This document shows, in pieces, positions 1 to 10,497 of a stretch of DNA of 64,000 nucleotides. A program made the position numbers and the translations under genes. Position 1 is the stretch's first letter. Each line of letters opens with the position of its first letter. The notes beneath the pieces are model-generated. The model saw only the letters and a program-made list of their open reading frames with translations. It did no database searches and was not told where the DNA came from. The DNA lies in IMG/VR virus record IMGVR_UViG_3300031722_000011, positions 1 to 64,000 of that record; one strand, written 5' to 3'. The stretch is from a virus.

Positions 1-726
1 TAATATAATAGTTCGTGTTTTAAAAATTCATCATTCAAAACTGCATCACCTAATCAGCAACAGCCAACAAGTCAAGAGTAGATAAAAGATTGATTTTAAT
101 AGTAGTTATTGATTACTTGGATCAAATTTACTGCTATATTTATTATACTAATCAGTATAGTTTTATTGCACTAAATTGTTATTTAGTTTAATTAATTTGA
201 AAGCGTTGGTATCACTAGGTTTGCAGGTTTTGAAGTGCTAAAAAGTAGATTATTTATGATATTTGATTGGATATAATTCATTGCCTAGTAAGTACATAGG
301 TATAGTGGGGGCATGTTTTACATTATTAGTTCAATATCTGAACACAATAGTTGCTCTATCACATCTACAAACGCATTTTTCAGAAACCCTATCGATTAAC
401 CAAAACACGAACATTATCTCCAAACCTCATTCGTCCCATGTTTCGATGTAACTCCCTATCTACCCCATTTCACTCTAAAATTTACCATCAAAAATACCCT
501 AAAATACCCTCAATTCACACTACTAAAACCTTCAAACCCAGTAACCTCAACACCTAAGACGATTAACACATCATAACTTCAAATAACTAGTTATCAACTC
601 AATATATAAAACCACTTCAAACCCTTACTATGACTAACCTACAACCAATTATTAATATACATAAAAAGTAGGCACACGACATCAACGCATCGTATACCTA
701 TCTTAACTAAATTTATAATCTAATTT

Positions 727-1083
727 TTATAATAACCATTCTTCTAACATTCCTTTTAAAATTATTTCTTTAGTTAATCCTATTTCTTCACACTTCTTAT
801 CAAAATCTTCTATAAGTTCTCTATCCAGTCTTACACTTAAAACTTTAGTAGTTATTTTTTGTTTCTTTGTAAACTCCATACCCTTTTTAGTTTGCTCTTT
901 AACTTTAGCAACATTAACAGTACCCAAATATTCCATAGCTTCATCTTTGGTTTTAAAACTTTTATATACAGATGGGTATCCTAAAACTAACTTCTGACAT
1001 TCAGTCCATGTATTTACTATCTTATCCTTAACACCTTTACCTTCTTTTATTGCATAATATTTCTGTTTAACTTTTTTAGCCAT
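727..1083 (-). CDS. RNase H1 N-terminal (viroplasmin/hybrid-binding) domain fused to a C-terminal ribbon-helix-helix
   Basis: KYYAIKEG..IVNTWTECQKLVLGY..YKSFKTKDEAMEYL matches the RNase H1 N-domain pattern; VLSVRLDRELIEDFDKKCEEIGLTKEIILKGMLEEWL is RHH-like; no catalytic RNase H domain. Confidence 0.75.
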   Translation of the reverse strand: MAKKVKQKYYAIKEGKGVKDKIVNTWTECQKLVLGYPSVYKSFKTKDEAMEYLGTVNVAKVKEQTKKGMEFTKKQKITTKVLSVRLDRELIEDFDKKCEEIGLTKEIILKGMLEEWLL

Positions 1084-1675
1084 AATTTCTCCTTTTAATC
1101 TATAGAATATATTTTAAGTTTACACTTTATCTAAAAAAATAACAACATCACTCAAAACCACTCTCACATCAATTCTCCCACTCTAAAATCCTCCCTAACT
1201 AACTATTACCTAAAATCCTTAACACATATCTTACAATCCATCTCTAAGCTTGTCTAAATTCAATAATCATAAAAACCAATACATAAATAATAATTATCCA
1301 AAACAAAAAAGAAACCATTCTAAACTAATAAAAGTTCAAAACAGTTTCTTAATAGTGGTTGATAGGTATTAAATTATAAAATATTTGAAAAACAAAAAAA
1401 GTAAATGAAACAATATAATCTACACAAGAATATTATAACCCAAACCAACCATATATTTCTACTAAAAAATAATACCAGTTTGTAATTATACTAAAAATAT
1501 CATATCTAAGTCAATCTACCATAGGGAGGGGCTATATTTTAAAATCCAGAATCTAAGTACCTATATATACTACCTACCCTATATAAAATCCTATAAATAA
1601 TCAAACTAAATCAAAACATAAAAAAATAAGACCATACAAAATATGATCTTAATAATATCCCAATAACAAAACAAT

Positions 1676-1975
1676 CTATATTCTAGCAATTTCTAAATAT
1701 TCTTTCATTAATTCCTTAGTATCAACCTCATTATATTGTTGTAAAAGGTCTACAGTAACATCTCCTAATTGATTCGCTTCATTCCCAATCAACATTAAAG
1801 CTACAACTTGAACTACAAATATCAATTCTAAAGTCACAATACCTAACAAATTTCTATTAGTTATTATATTAAATACAGTATTATCTATTCTGCTATGTTC
1901 TCTTCTAATTTCTCTTAATGTAATTTCACCTGTTTTATATTTATTGTATTGGTCAATTGTCATTATTGTTTTCAT
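1676..1975 (-). CDS. hypothetical membrane protein
   Basis: 99-aa ORF with one hydrophobic segment; overlaps upstream gene; its N-terminus resembles that of its neighbour. Confidence 0.6.
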   Translation of the reverse strand: MKTIMTIDQYNKYKTGEITLREIRREHSRIDNTVFNIITNRNLLGIVTLELIFVVQVVALMLIGNEANQLGDVTVDLLQQYNEVDTKELMKEYLEIARI

Positions 1976-2342
1976 TATCTATTTGCTCCTTATTATTTAA
2001 TTTCTTATATTCTGATATTTTTGCACATTTGTATCCTATTATATACCAACAAATAATAACCATTAATACAAATATACTTTGTCTTGTAATTGTTGGAATT
2101 GGTTCTATTAAACTATTAAATCCTGTTGCAATAACTTGTTTTTCTTTTACAGTTTCTCCTACTGGTATTGTAAGCAAGTTAGTTGTAAAGAATAAAGTTA
2201 TGGCAAATCTTCTTAACTTTTTATCATTAATAATTTTAGTGGTAAAGGATTCTAAATTATTATCTTTTATTATTTGCTCTAGAGATATCTTACCATGTTC
2301 CATTTCAAAAAATTGATTTATACTCATGGTTATTTCTTTCAT
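1953..2342 (-). CDS. hypothetical membrane protein
   Basis: GGAG RBS before ATG at 2342; two hydrophobic segments. Confidence 0.6.
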   Translation of the reverse strand: MKEITMSINQFFEMEHGKISLEQIIKDNNLESFTTKIINDKKLRRFAITLFFTTNLLTIPVGETVKEKQVIATGFNSLIEPIPTITRQSIFVLMVIICWYIIGYKCAKISEYKKLNNKEQIDNENNNDN

Positions 2343-2408
2343 ACATTCTCCTTTATACATAAAATTGTTTATTTAGTTAATACTATATTTAAAGTGAGGT
2401 GGTTATAA

Positions 2409-2477
2409 ATGTTTGCATTTACTATAGGTGTAATAACCTGTTATACAGTAGTTGTAGGGATAATAACATTTTTATAG
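2409..2477 (+). CDS. 22-aa hydrophobic peptide (MFAFTIGVITCYTVVVGIITFL)
   Basis: GAGGTGG RBS, ATG..TAG, followed by hairpin plus U-tract near 2535-2568. Confidence 0.35.
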   Translation: MFAFTIGVITCYTVVVGIITFL

Positions 2478-2572
2478 ATTAATTAATTAATTTGCATATA
2501 TTATTGGTGTATAGTCAAATGTTATATTTATCTTAAGTCTATTCTTAATTGGATAGGCTTCTTTTTTATATT

Positions 2573-2731
2573 CTAATCCTTTTTATTTAATTCATTTTCC
2601 ATAGCTAGTTTAAGAACATCCTTAATATATCCTGACTTTGAAGACTTATTATTGAGCCAATTATATAATTCCATATCTAAATCATTATTTCTCTTAAATG
2701 ATACATGAATTACAATAGGTTTATTATCCAA
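2573..2731 (-). CDS. small RHH-like DNA-binding protein (52 aa, MDNKPIVIHVSFKRNN...GYIKDVLKLAM)
   Basis: AAGGAG RBS and TTG start; beta-strand then two helices; below the ORF-track size cut-off. Confidence 0.6.
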   Translation of the reverse strand: MDNKPIVIHVSFKRNNDLDMELYNWLNNKSSKSGYIKDVLKLAMENELNKKD

Positions 2732-2953
2732 TCTCAATCTCCTTTTCTCATTCTTTATATTAGTAATATATGACTAAAATTAGCTAAGTGTTACTATTTT
2801 TAAATATATTTTAGAAAAAATTGGTAATAAATACAAAATAAAAAAGGACTACCATATAATTAGTAATCCTTAAATAAATATACTTATAAGTTATTAAATA
2901 CCATTTAACTTCTCTATATAAAGAGTTATTAAATACCACATATAATTTTATGT

Positions 2954-3217
2954 TTAATTTTCCTTTTTAATATTAAACCTAACTAGCTCTATTTTCTTTT
3001 TGGTCTTGCTAGTTATAACATACTCTTCATCGTTTATAATACATTTATCATAAATTCCAAACATGTACCATTTTGTTTCCATCATTAGTTTTAAAATCTC
3101 ATTTGTATTAAGTTTATTTAATGTATTTATATTTATATTTTTAACTGTAATCTCAACTTCATTATCTAATATAAAACTTGTATTAACTACTAATTTATAA
3201 TCTTCCTCGCCTGCCAT
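2954..3217 (-). CDS. hypothetical protein
   Basis: 87-aa ORF with GAGGG RBS. Confidence 0.55.
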   Translation of the reverse strand: MAGEEDYKLVVNTSFILDNEVEITVKNININTLNKLNTNEILKLMMETKWYMFGIYDKCIINDEEYVITSKTKKKIELVRFNIKKEN

Positions 3218-3740
3218 TCCTATCCCTCAAATCAATTACTTTATATATTATATGCTAGTCCTTAAAAATAATTTACACTTTTTATTATATTCATGTATAA
3301 TATCTTATCCATAAGGTAATACTATTACTGTATACAATCCTAAACATAAAACTGAACACAAGTCGCAATTCAATTCCTTAAACAACTGTCTTCGCTTTTC
3401 GGTCTAATTACTCTTATTTCTCCTCCCCTATTACTTTTATTATCTTATTGAATAAATTCAAGCCCTCTATGACTCACTTTAGAGCCTCCAATGGTCAATG
3501 AGTCAATGATATAGAATACTACAAATAAAAATACAATTGAAACATACTACTAAAACTGATTATAAATAAGCACAAAATAAAAGGACTAGTCTAACTACTA
3601 ATTAAACGTAATCCTCAAATAGAATATATGTAAGATAAAAGTAAGGAGAAAATAGAAATATAAGCTAGTGCAAAAATGCAGAAATCAAATATATTATCTA
3701 TTTCTCACTTACCAAAGTAATAAAGCTAGACCTAAGAAAA

Positions 3741-4328
3741 CTATGCTTCTTTTGGTAAAATCAAATTATTACTTATGAATTCAGTTAGGTACTGATAGTC
3801 AGCTTTTGTTAATACAGAGCTTTTACTTAGAGTATAGATTTCATGCATATCATTCTTAAATTCAAAACCTTTATAAACTTCTATATGAGTACCAAGTCTA
3901 TAGATCAATTCTGATTTTAGTTGTAATATACATTGTCTATTCATTAGTTTGTTCTTTACACTTGCCTTAAGTACATTACTAAACTCCATATAACCATCAG
4001 TAGTAACAACCTTTAATTTATGCTTGTCTTCCACTGTATTAGGCTTTTGGATTGACTTTGGCATATTTGTATTAGTATCATTACATTTACCTTCAGAATC
4101 TAATCCTATAAATTTAAGACCACCTAGAATAAGATTAAATAAGAATACAACTATAATAGGTATCATTGGTACTAATAATCCTACTGATAATATTGCAACA
4201 GCAATTCTCTCAAAGACTGTATCCATTGCATTGTATAACATTAGAACATTCATTGCTAAGAATCCTAAGATACCACTAAATATTAATGATTGTCTAATAC
4301 TTTTTTTAAACATGCTTTGTTTTTTCAT
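3741..4328 (-). CDS. hypothetical membrane protein
   Basis: two N-terminal TM segments; start overlaps the upstream stop. Confidence 0.65.
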   Translation of the reverse strand: MKKQSMFKKSIRQSLIFSGILGFLAMNVLMLYNAMDTVFERIAVAILSVGLLVPMIPIIVVFLFNLILGGLKFIGLDSEGKCNDTNTNMPKSIQKPNTVEDKHKLKVVTTDGYMEFSNVLKASVKNKLMNRQCILQLKSELIYRLGTHIEVYKGFEFKNDMHEIYTLSKSSVLTKADYQYLTEFISNNLILPKEA

Positions 4329-4873
4329 TTAATTTTCCTCCTTTTGTATTTAAAAATTGCTTTGATTCTTGATATTATTGATTTTTCAACTATACAATAT
4401 TCATCATTTTTAATTACACACTTAATATGATAATCTTCATTTAAAAAATGTTGTAATTTATCATATTGAAGATATTCTAATGTTTCTAAATTAATCATAT
4501 CAAATGAACACCAATCGTCTGTATCTGTAATTATGAATCTAGTGTCATCATCCATTATTAGAATATTACCAGTACATAAATCTTTGTTTGAATATTCTCT
4601 TTGTAAAATCTCATTGGAGTTAAATTTTATAAGATAACCATCATTCTTAATAATTCTTTTTATTTGAAATTTACCATTATCTAAGAACTCGTCAACATGT
4701 TCATAATATAGAGTAATTAAATTTTCTAAATCCATAGCATAAAAAGAACTTCTAGTTACAGTAATGAAGAATTTGCTATCATCATTTAATATAACTATAT
4801 CTCCTACTTGAATATTTTCTTTATCTTCATTTGTAATTTCTTGATTTTTATTAATATTTAATTTTAAGTTCAT
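4325..4873 (-). CDS. hypothetical protein with an internal duplication
   Basis: GDIVILNDDSKFFIT..MDLENL..Y / GNILIMDDDTRFIIT..MINLETL..Y, each followed by IK.(I/V)IKND. Confidence 0.7.
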   Translation of the reverse strand: MNLKLNINKNQEITNEDKENIQVGDIVILNDDSKFFITVTRSSFYAMDLENLITLYYEHVDEFLDNGKFQIKRIIKNDGYLIKFNSNEILQREYSNKDLCTGNILIMDDDTRFIITDTDDWCSFDMINLETLEYLQYDKLQHFLNEDYHIKCVIKNDEYCIVEKSIISRIKAIFKYKRRKIK

Positions 4874-4904
4874 TTACTATCTACTCCTTCGTATTTTTAA
4901 ATTT

Positions 4905-5033
4905 TTATCTACTATACTTTACACACATCTTATCTAATCTTTCTAATTTTCTCCAGTTAATGGTGTCCTCACCTTTGCTATTTTCTTTCATAAAACTTCT
5001 GTAATAATAGTTATAAATTAAATCTTTAATCAT
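4905..5033 (-). CDS. small hypothetical protein (42 aa)
   Basis: AGGAG RBS; fills the gap in the operon. Confidence 0.45.
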   Translation of the reverse strand: MIKDLIYNYYYRSFMKENSKGEDTINWRKLERLDKMCVKYSR

Positions 5034-5054
5034 ATTTACATTCTCCTTTGTAAT

Positions 5055-5222
5055 TTAAAATAGTTCTATTTCTTCAGTATCTTCATTGATTTCAAATCCA
5101 TTATTATCATATAAACCATCTATAAGTGATTCTAAATCAAATGTATTGGAACAAAGACAATTTACATTAGTGTTATTTATTTCGTTATATCTTTGGATTA
5201 TTTCATCAAATGTTACTATCAT
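5055..5222 (-). CDS. small acidic hypothetical protein (55 aa)
   Basis: AAGGAG RBS; MIVTFDEIIQRY...EEIELF. Confidence 0.5.
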   Translation of the reverse strand: MIVTFDEIIQRYNEINNTNVNCLCSNTFDLESLIDGLYDNNGFEINEDTEEIELF

Positions 5223-5304
5223 TTGTATAATCTCCTTTCTTAATTAATTCATATATTTAATATATGTACTGGGGCTATAATTAACATTCACCCCACTATA
5301 TTGC

Positions 5305-5931
5305 TCATGACATTACTATTTTTTGTAATAAATCAGTAAAATTATAATCTAAACCTATAATATCAAAATCTTCTCTGTCACTTGATTCACATTTTCCGTT
5401 GTAGTTTATTATCATAACGTCTGGAAACCAATCATCTATATCGTAATGTTCTTTATACCATGCTTGAACTTCTTCGCTATCATATATTGAGTTATACTTT
5501 TCTCTTGGATTGGTTTTATGATGTTTGTCAAATTCTATTAGATAAGAATTAAATTTAGGTTTTCCATTAATATTATTGTGAAATATGATATGTGCATCGC
5601 TTCTTCTTTTTGATAGTGACCAAGTTTCTTCTAGCTTAAAATAATTCACTTCAGTTACTATACTGTTTATTTCTGCATAGAGATTTAATAAATAATAACT
5701 ATGGTCTGATATTGTATTTTTACTAAATTGATATATTAATTCTTTCCCATATTTGTTTTTATTAGCTACTATATCTTTGTTGTTTGTTAACCTTGTTAAT
5801 ACTCTTCTTGCCATGTCTATTTTACATTTGTCATCTTTATAGAATAAATTAGCACATATTCTAGTGGTTATAAATCCATATTTTTCTATGAAGTTAAGTA
5901 TATTTCTTACCTTTTGTGTATATCTAATCAT
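5305..5931 (-). CDS. replication-relaxation family protein (wHTH plus PD-(D/E)xK-like)
   Basis: N-terminal HTH; RSDAHI...YLIEFD motif; directly downstream of FtsK as in Firmicute phage modules. Confidence 0.65.
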   Translation of the reverse strand: MIRYTQKVRNILNFIEKYGFITTRICANLFYKDDKCKIDMARRVLTRLTNNKDIVANKNKYGKELIYQFSKNTISDHSYYLLNLYAEINSIVTEVNYFKLEETWSLSKRRSDAHIIFHNNINGKPKFNSYLIEFDKHHKTNPREKYNSIYDSEEVQAWYKEHYDIDDWFPDVMIINYNGKCESSDREDFDIIGLDYNFTDLLQKIVMS

Positions 5932-5933
5932 TC

Positions 5934-7619
5934 TTATTTTCTCCTTTCTTGATATTTACTCCATTTTGATTGTTTTGATTCTCTTGATTTTTTAGTAAAA
6001 TCTATAGTTTTTTTAACATTTTCTTCTGATTTTTGTTCTTTTTCAGTATTTTCTTGTTGTTTTTCTTGATTTTCATTAATTAATAGTTCATTTTCTTTTT
6101 GAACAATATTCCCTTGATTGTCCAATTCCATAAACTCTTTATCTTTTTCTATTAATGGCTTTAAATAATCAATAACCATTTTAGAATCTAAATATAATGT
6201 TTTCCCATGATATATTTCATCTGCAACTGCAATAAATTCTCTTTGTTTCTTTTGTCTAATTGCTAATGATGCCAATTCTCCTTCTCCTAATATAGTTAAT
6301 GCACTAGCAGTATTGGGAAAATAAAAACAAATTTGATTCCCTAAATTTCCCTTTACATCTCCAGACATATGAGTAAGTGAACCTCTTTGAGTACAGAGAA
6401 TACAATAAACTCCACTTGATCTACCTTCTCTAGCAAGCTTCCACATTAAAGCATTACATTTTTCTTTATCTTTTTTCTCATTATCATTTTCTTCAGCACC
6501 ATTTACTGCAAAACTTGCGACCTCATCAATACAAAAGTATATAAGTGGTAACTTTATATCATGACAATCATTATATTCATAAACATTGGTGATGCTTCCA
6601 CTATCATCAACTTCATCAAACATTTTATTACGTCTTGAAACTTCTCTGCTTAGATACCTTAATTCTTTTAAAGCTGATTTAGTATCCTTAGCGTAATATT
6701 TGCAGTGTTTTATATTTTTAAACATTCTAAGATCTTGCTTATCACTCAGCATACAAATTGCTAATTGAACTAAACTTTCGTCATTACTTAATACTAAATT
6801 TAATAATCCCATTATCATAGATATAGTTTTTCCAGAACCTGCTGAACCTCCGATAAGAACATTTGGGCTGGTTTTAAAATTTAATATAATAGCCTTATAA
6901 GCATGTGTCATTCCATTATATAACTCCCAAGGTTTAACTTTAATTGGTTCATATTTTTCTTTATCAGGAACTTTAGTATTCATTATTTCTATACTTGTTT
7001 GATTTTTAGTATCATCAAAATGTAGGGAGCAAATTCCAAATATTTTATTTAAATCAACTATATTTTCTTCCAATACATCATAACTAAGTCCATTTGGAAT
7101 AGAAATTTTAAAGTTATAACCTATTAGCACTTTGTTTCCCTTTTTATCTAGTTTAGTGGGATGATATATTTTTTCAGATTCATCTAACTTGAATGTTTCA
7201 CCATTACCATTCCTTTTTTTAGAGTCAGCAAATGCACTATACCAATTGAATTTGATTGAGTCTATTTCATTAATATCTAATCCTTGCAAATGACATCTCA
7301 TGTATATACTTGATTTAGTAGAACTATATTCTGCTATTACTTCACCTCTATAAACTACCCCGATTGCAGGTAACAACTTTCTAAAATCATTTAAACTTTT
7401 TCCGTAAGGCATTACTACTATTACATCAAATCCATAATGTTTTATAAATATATCTTCTAGTACATAGTAGTTTGCTTTTTTATTAAAATCACTATAAGTT
7501 TTATTTGTTGGTACATCTTTACTTAAATCAATACTATTAACTCTTTCCATTAATATTTTCCATTTATTTTTTATGTTGTTTTTAACTTGATGCTCTGCAA
7601 AATAACTACTTAACTCCAT
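5934..7619 (-). CDS. FtsK/SpoIIIE-family ATPase
   Basis: Walker A GGSAGSGKT, Walker B FCIDE, LAREGRSSGV..ILCTQR. Confidence 0.9.
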   Translation of the reverse strand: MELSSYFAEHQVKNNIKNKWKILMERVNSIDLSKDVPTNKTYSDFNKKANYYVLEDIFIKHYGFDVIVVMPYGKSLNDFRKLLPAIGVVYRGEVIAEYSSTKSSIYMRCHLQGLDINEIDSIKFNWYSAFADSKKRNGNGETFKLDESEKIYHPTKLDKKGNKVLIGYNFKISIPNGLSYDVLEENIVDLNKIFGICSLHFDDTKNQTSIEIMNTKVPDKEKYEPIKVKPWELYNGMTHAYKAIILNFKTSPNVLIGGSAGSGKTISMIMGLLNLVLSNDESLVQLAICMLSDKQDLRMFKNIKHCKYYAKDTKSALKELRYLSREVSRRNKMFDEVDDSGSITNVYEYNDCHDIKLPLIYFCIDEVASFAVNGAEENDNEKKDKEKCNALMWKLAREGRSSGVYCILCTQRGSLTHMSGDVKGNLGNQICFYFPNTASALTILGEGELASLAIRQKKQREFIAVADEIYHGKTLYLDSKMVIDYLKPLIEKDKEFMELDNQGNIVQKENELLINENQEKQQENTEKEQKSEENVKKTIDFTKKSRESKQSKWSKYQERRK

Positions 7620-7621
7620 TA

Positions 7622-7903
7622 TTATCTGTCCTTTCTTTTATTAATTTTTTCAATTAATTTTGTCAATTCACTATCATCGGATAAACCATCATTTTTTAGT
7701 GCCTTTAGAAAATGTTTTGTAAGTATAGGTGCAAATCCAACCATTGTGCCCTCTATCAACAACCACCATGGAGCGACTCCAGTTCCTCCAGCGAATGTAA
7801 TCATAGTTCCAGCTTTATATAATCCATAAAATTTTGTAGAAAACATAAATGTTTCTGCTCCCAAAATACCCCAAGCACTGCCATATATAATTTTCTTAAT
7901 CAT
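7622..7903 (-). CDS. small membrane protein of the FtsK module
   Basis: Gly-rich hydrophobic helices; first gene of the operon. Confidence 0.6.
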   Translation of the reverse strand: MIKKIIYGSAWGILGAETFMFSTKFYGLYKAGTMITFAGGTGVAPWWLLIEGTMVGFAPILTKHFLKALKNDGLSDDSELTKLIEKINKRKDR

Positions 7904-7982
7904 GTATAACTCTCCTCTTTTTTGTTTATACTATATGTATATTCAGTTATTCTAAAAATGTGCTTAAAGGAGGTAGTTTTTT

Positions 7983-8549
7983 ATGTATTTAATTTTAGGC
8001 ATTATATGTGTATTTATAATTGCATGTTGGATTGCTTCTGAGTGGATAATTCGCAGTAATTATAAAGATAGTCATGATGGTAAAAAATACAGTATAAACA
8101 GACAGTTAAAATTGATATCAGATTCTATAAATCAGCTTGACGGATTTGAATTTGAAGAATTTTGTATGTACATGTTCAAATTAGGAGGATTAAATGCAAA
8201 AGTCACTAAGAAAACTAATGATGGTGGCAAGGATATAATAATTAAAGATAAAGATGGTATCATATATGTTGAATGTAAGCATTACGCTGAAGAAAATAAA
8301 ATTACAGTAAATTTAATTCATAAGTTAATAAGTGCATGTACTGTTGACAATGTAAAGCGTGGAATATTTATTACCACTTCGGTTTATACAAGTTCGGCTA
8401 TTGAGTTAATTAAGAAATGCAAAGCAGTTGATATAGATATATGGTATAAAGACGATGTTCTCGATTACTGTAGGAATATTGATAGAATAGTGTTATTAGA
8501 ATGGCTAGGATATGATAGATATGAGGTGATGAAGTATTGTACAATATAA
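7983..8549 (+). CDS. membrane-anchored Mrr-like restriction endonuclease
   Basis: N-terminal TM; FEFEE..., DGGKDI...VECKHY, GIFITTS (Mrr_cat pattern). Confidence 0.85.
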   Translation: MYLILGIICVFIIACWIASEWIIRSNYKDSHDGKKYSINRQLKLISDSINQLDGFEFEEFCMYMFKLGGLNAKVTKKTNDGGKDIIIKDKDGIIYVECKHYAEENKITVNLIHKLISACTVDNVKRGIFITTSVYTSSAIELIKKCKAVDIDIWYKDDVLDYCRNIDRIVLLEWLGYDRYEVMKYCTI

Positions 8550-8599
8550 AAATAAAGCCTATTCTATTTAATTAATATTTAGAATAGGCTTTATTTTTA
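8548..8599. terminator. bidirectional intrinsic terminator
   Basis: ATAAAGCCTATTCT / AGAATAGGCTTTAT inverted repeat between convergent genes. Confidence 0.8.
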
Positions 8600-8606
8600 T
8601 ATAAAA

Positions 8607-9722
8607 CTATTTTCCAAGATTCATATATTTATCTCTTATAGAAGATGATTTCCTTTTTGTACGGTCTATAGTTGTAGATGTCTTAGATTGAATACTTTTA
8701 GTATTATTAACCTTATTCATAATACTAAAATCAATCTCTATATCGTCCTTAATGCTATCCATACTTTGTTTTTCAACTTCTTTTTTCTTGTCCATTATAC
8801 TTTTGTATGATGTTTTTAACTCTGTAATAATATTATTATTAAAGCTTGTACCTGCGGAAACGATAATATTTGTTTCATCATCCCAAACTGAGTCATGTGT
8901 AAAAGTAGCATAACCAAATAGATCCCTAATTAATTCTAAATTAATATCCTGCTTATGTTTTTTATTCAAAATCATTCCATCTACTTTTGGATTCTTTAAT
9001 GGTTCTACATATATACTTCTATTAACTGCATCAGATAATCCATTACCAAAATCATCATTGGCAAATTCCAATATTGTTGTAAATCCACTAGTTGTCAGTA
9101 AAACTTCTAATTCATTTTCATCTAAATTACCTTCTGCTGTAATATGATCGTAGTTTAATAATCTGGACATAGTGATTGAAAAATCTCTATTAATATCCAT
9201 TTTATTCTCTCTTGAATTATTATCAAGTAATTGAATATTAGTAATAAAACCCTTACCATCATTATAAGCATCTCTTAATTGTTCTAAACTTTGAATTGCA
9301 TTACCTTGCATTCCTAAGTCTTCATTAGCTCTTGGTAATACGGCTACTACATTAGATATCTTACCTTCTTCTCCATATATTTCACCAAAAGCTTCTGCAA
9401 TTATACCACCCATTGTGCCTCCAGTTCCACCTGATAATGTATATACAAAGTAATATATCAATGAATTTGCATATCTTTCATAAATTCTTCTACAAATCTT
9501 ATCGGCTATATCATCTTGGGTAATTACATTAATGGCATATTGTCTATTTTTAGCCATGCCTTTTAGTCCATCAATATGATATTTATTTTTATTATCTGTA
9601 TCAATTGTTAGCAAATCCTCAAGACTTGTATTTACATAGAAAGCGTTACACCCTTCTTTTTCAAGTTCTCTAACTATATTTCCTCCACCTTGACCGATTG
9701 CAATAAAAACTACGTTTTCCAC
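8607..9722 (-). CDS. tubZ: tubulin/FtsZ-like partition GTPase
   Basis: IAIGQGGGN, VNTS..DL, SGGTGG signature loop, NLDENE T7 loop, basic C-terminal tail. Confidence 0.9.
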   Translation of the reverse strand: MENVVFIAIGQGGGNIVRELEKEGCNAFYVNTSLEDLLTIDTDNKNKYHIDGLKGMAKNRQYAINVITQDDIADKICRRIYERYANSLIYYFVYTLSGGTGGTMGGIIAEAFGEIYGEEGKISNVVAVLPRANEDLGMQGNAIQSLEQLRDAYNDGKGFITNIQLLDNNSRENKMDINRDFSITMSRLLNYDHITAEGNLDENELEVLLTTSGFTTILEFANDDFGNGLSDAVNRSIYVEPLKNPKVDGMILNKKHKQDINLELIRDLFGYATFTHDSVWDDETNIIVSAGTSFNNNIITELKTSYKSIMDKKKEVEKQSMDSIKDDIEIDFSIMNKVNNTKSIQSKTSTTIDRTKRKSSSIRDKYMNLGK

Positions 9723-9724
9723 AA

Positions 9725-10024
9725 TTACTCATTCCTTTCATTCATCATATTTTGAATATCTTGATCTTTTAAATTATGTGCTATTTTAAAATTTTCAATT
9801 CCATTTTGACTAACATAGTAGGTTTTAAATTGCCCATCTTTAGTACCTTCTAAAATTAAACCAGTCATCAAAAAATATTTAATAACATTTCGTATCTTAG
9901 ATGATGATAATTCTGTTAAATTCATCAACTGTATTCTATTTAATGATGCTACTGAGGAAACACAATTATTAGCAATTAATTCTTCCAATACTCTATAATC
10001 TCGTTTATTAAATAATTCAGACAT
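9725..10024 (-). CDS. tubR: winged-helix centromere-binding protein
   Basis: 99-aa wHTH directly upstream of tubZ. Confidence 0.7.
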   Translation of the reverse strand: MSELFNKRDYRVLEELIANNCVSSVASLNRIQLMNLTELSSSKIRNVIKYFLMTGLILEGTKDGQFKTYYVSQNGIENFKIAHNLKDQDIQNMMNERNE

Positions 10025-10084
10025 AATATATCACCACCTTATAACATTTAACTAGACAAATAATACCATTATACATATCACTTG

Positions 10085-10480
10085 TCAATATACTACTATC
10101 ATCATTTGATACTTTATATAAATAATATACTAACTATGTATTAAAAGTGTTACTACTATCACAAAATTATTTAATCATACTGTTAATACAATGTACTCAT
10201 AATGATTAAACAATGCATATATACTGCTTATAAAGTATCAATATAATGCTATTATAGTGATTATACAATGTTAATATAGTTAGTATATTATATATTAATT
10301 ATAAGTACGTAATAGCCACATCAACTCAAGTGTACTATAGTTGTAATTGAACTTTTCTAAAGTAAACTATAGTTATAGTATAAATAACTTAAACTAAAGT
10401 CAATTTGAACCATAGAAAATTTAAACTGAATTCTATTGTATACTTGAGTATAGATTTGTTATACTATAACTATAGTTTAA
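10085..10480. repeat. putative tubC centromere / tubR-tubY divergent control region
   Basis: inverted pairs TGATACTTTATA/TATAAAGTATCA and TAATATACTAACTAT/ATAGTTAGTATATTA, direct TACTACTATCA x2, several AACTATAGTT-like units. Confidence 0.55.
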
Positions 10481-10497
10481 TTTAATGGAGGTTTAAC

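Noticed and set aside
263-557. Short plus-strand ORFs 263-451 and 351-557
   Set aside because: No RBS and atypical composition; by-products of the skewed non-coding tract.
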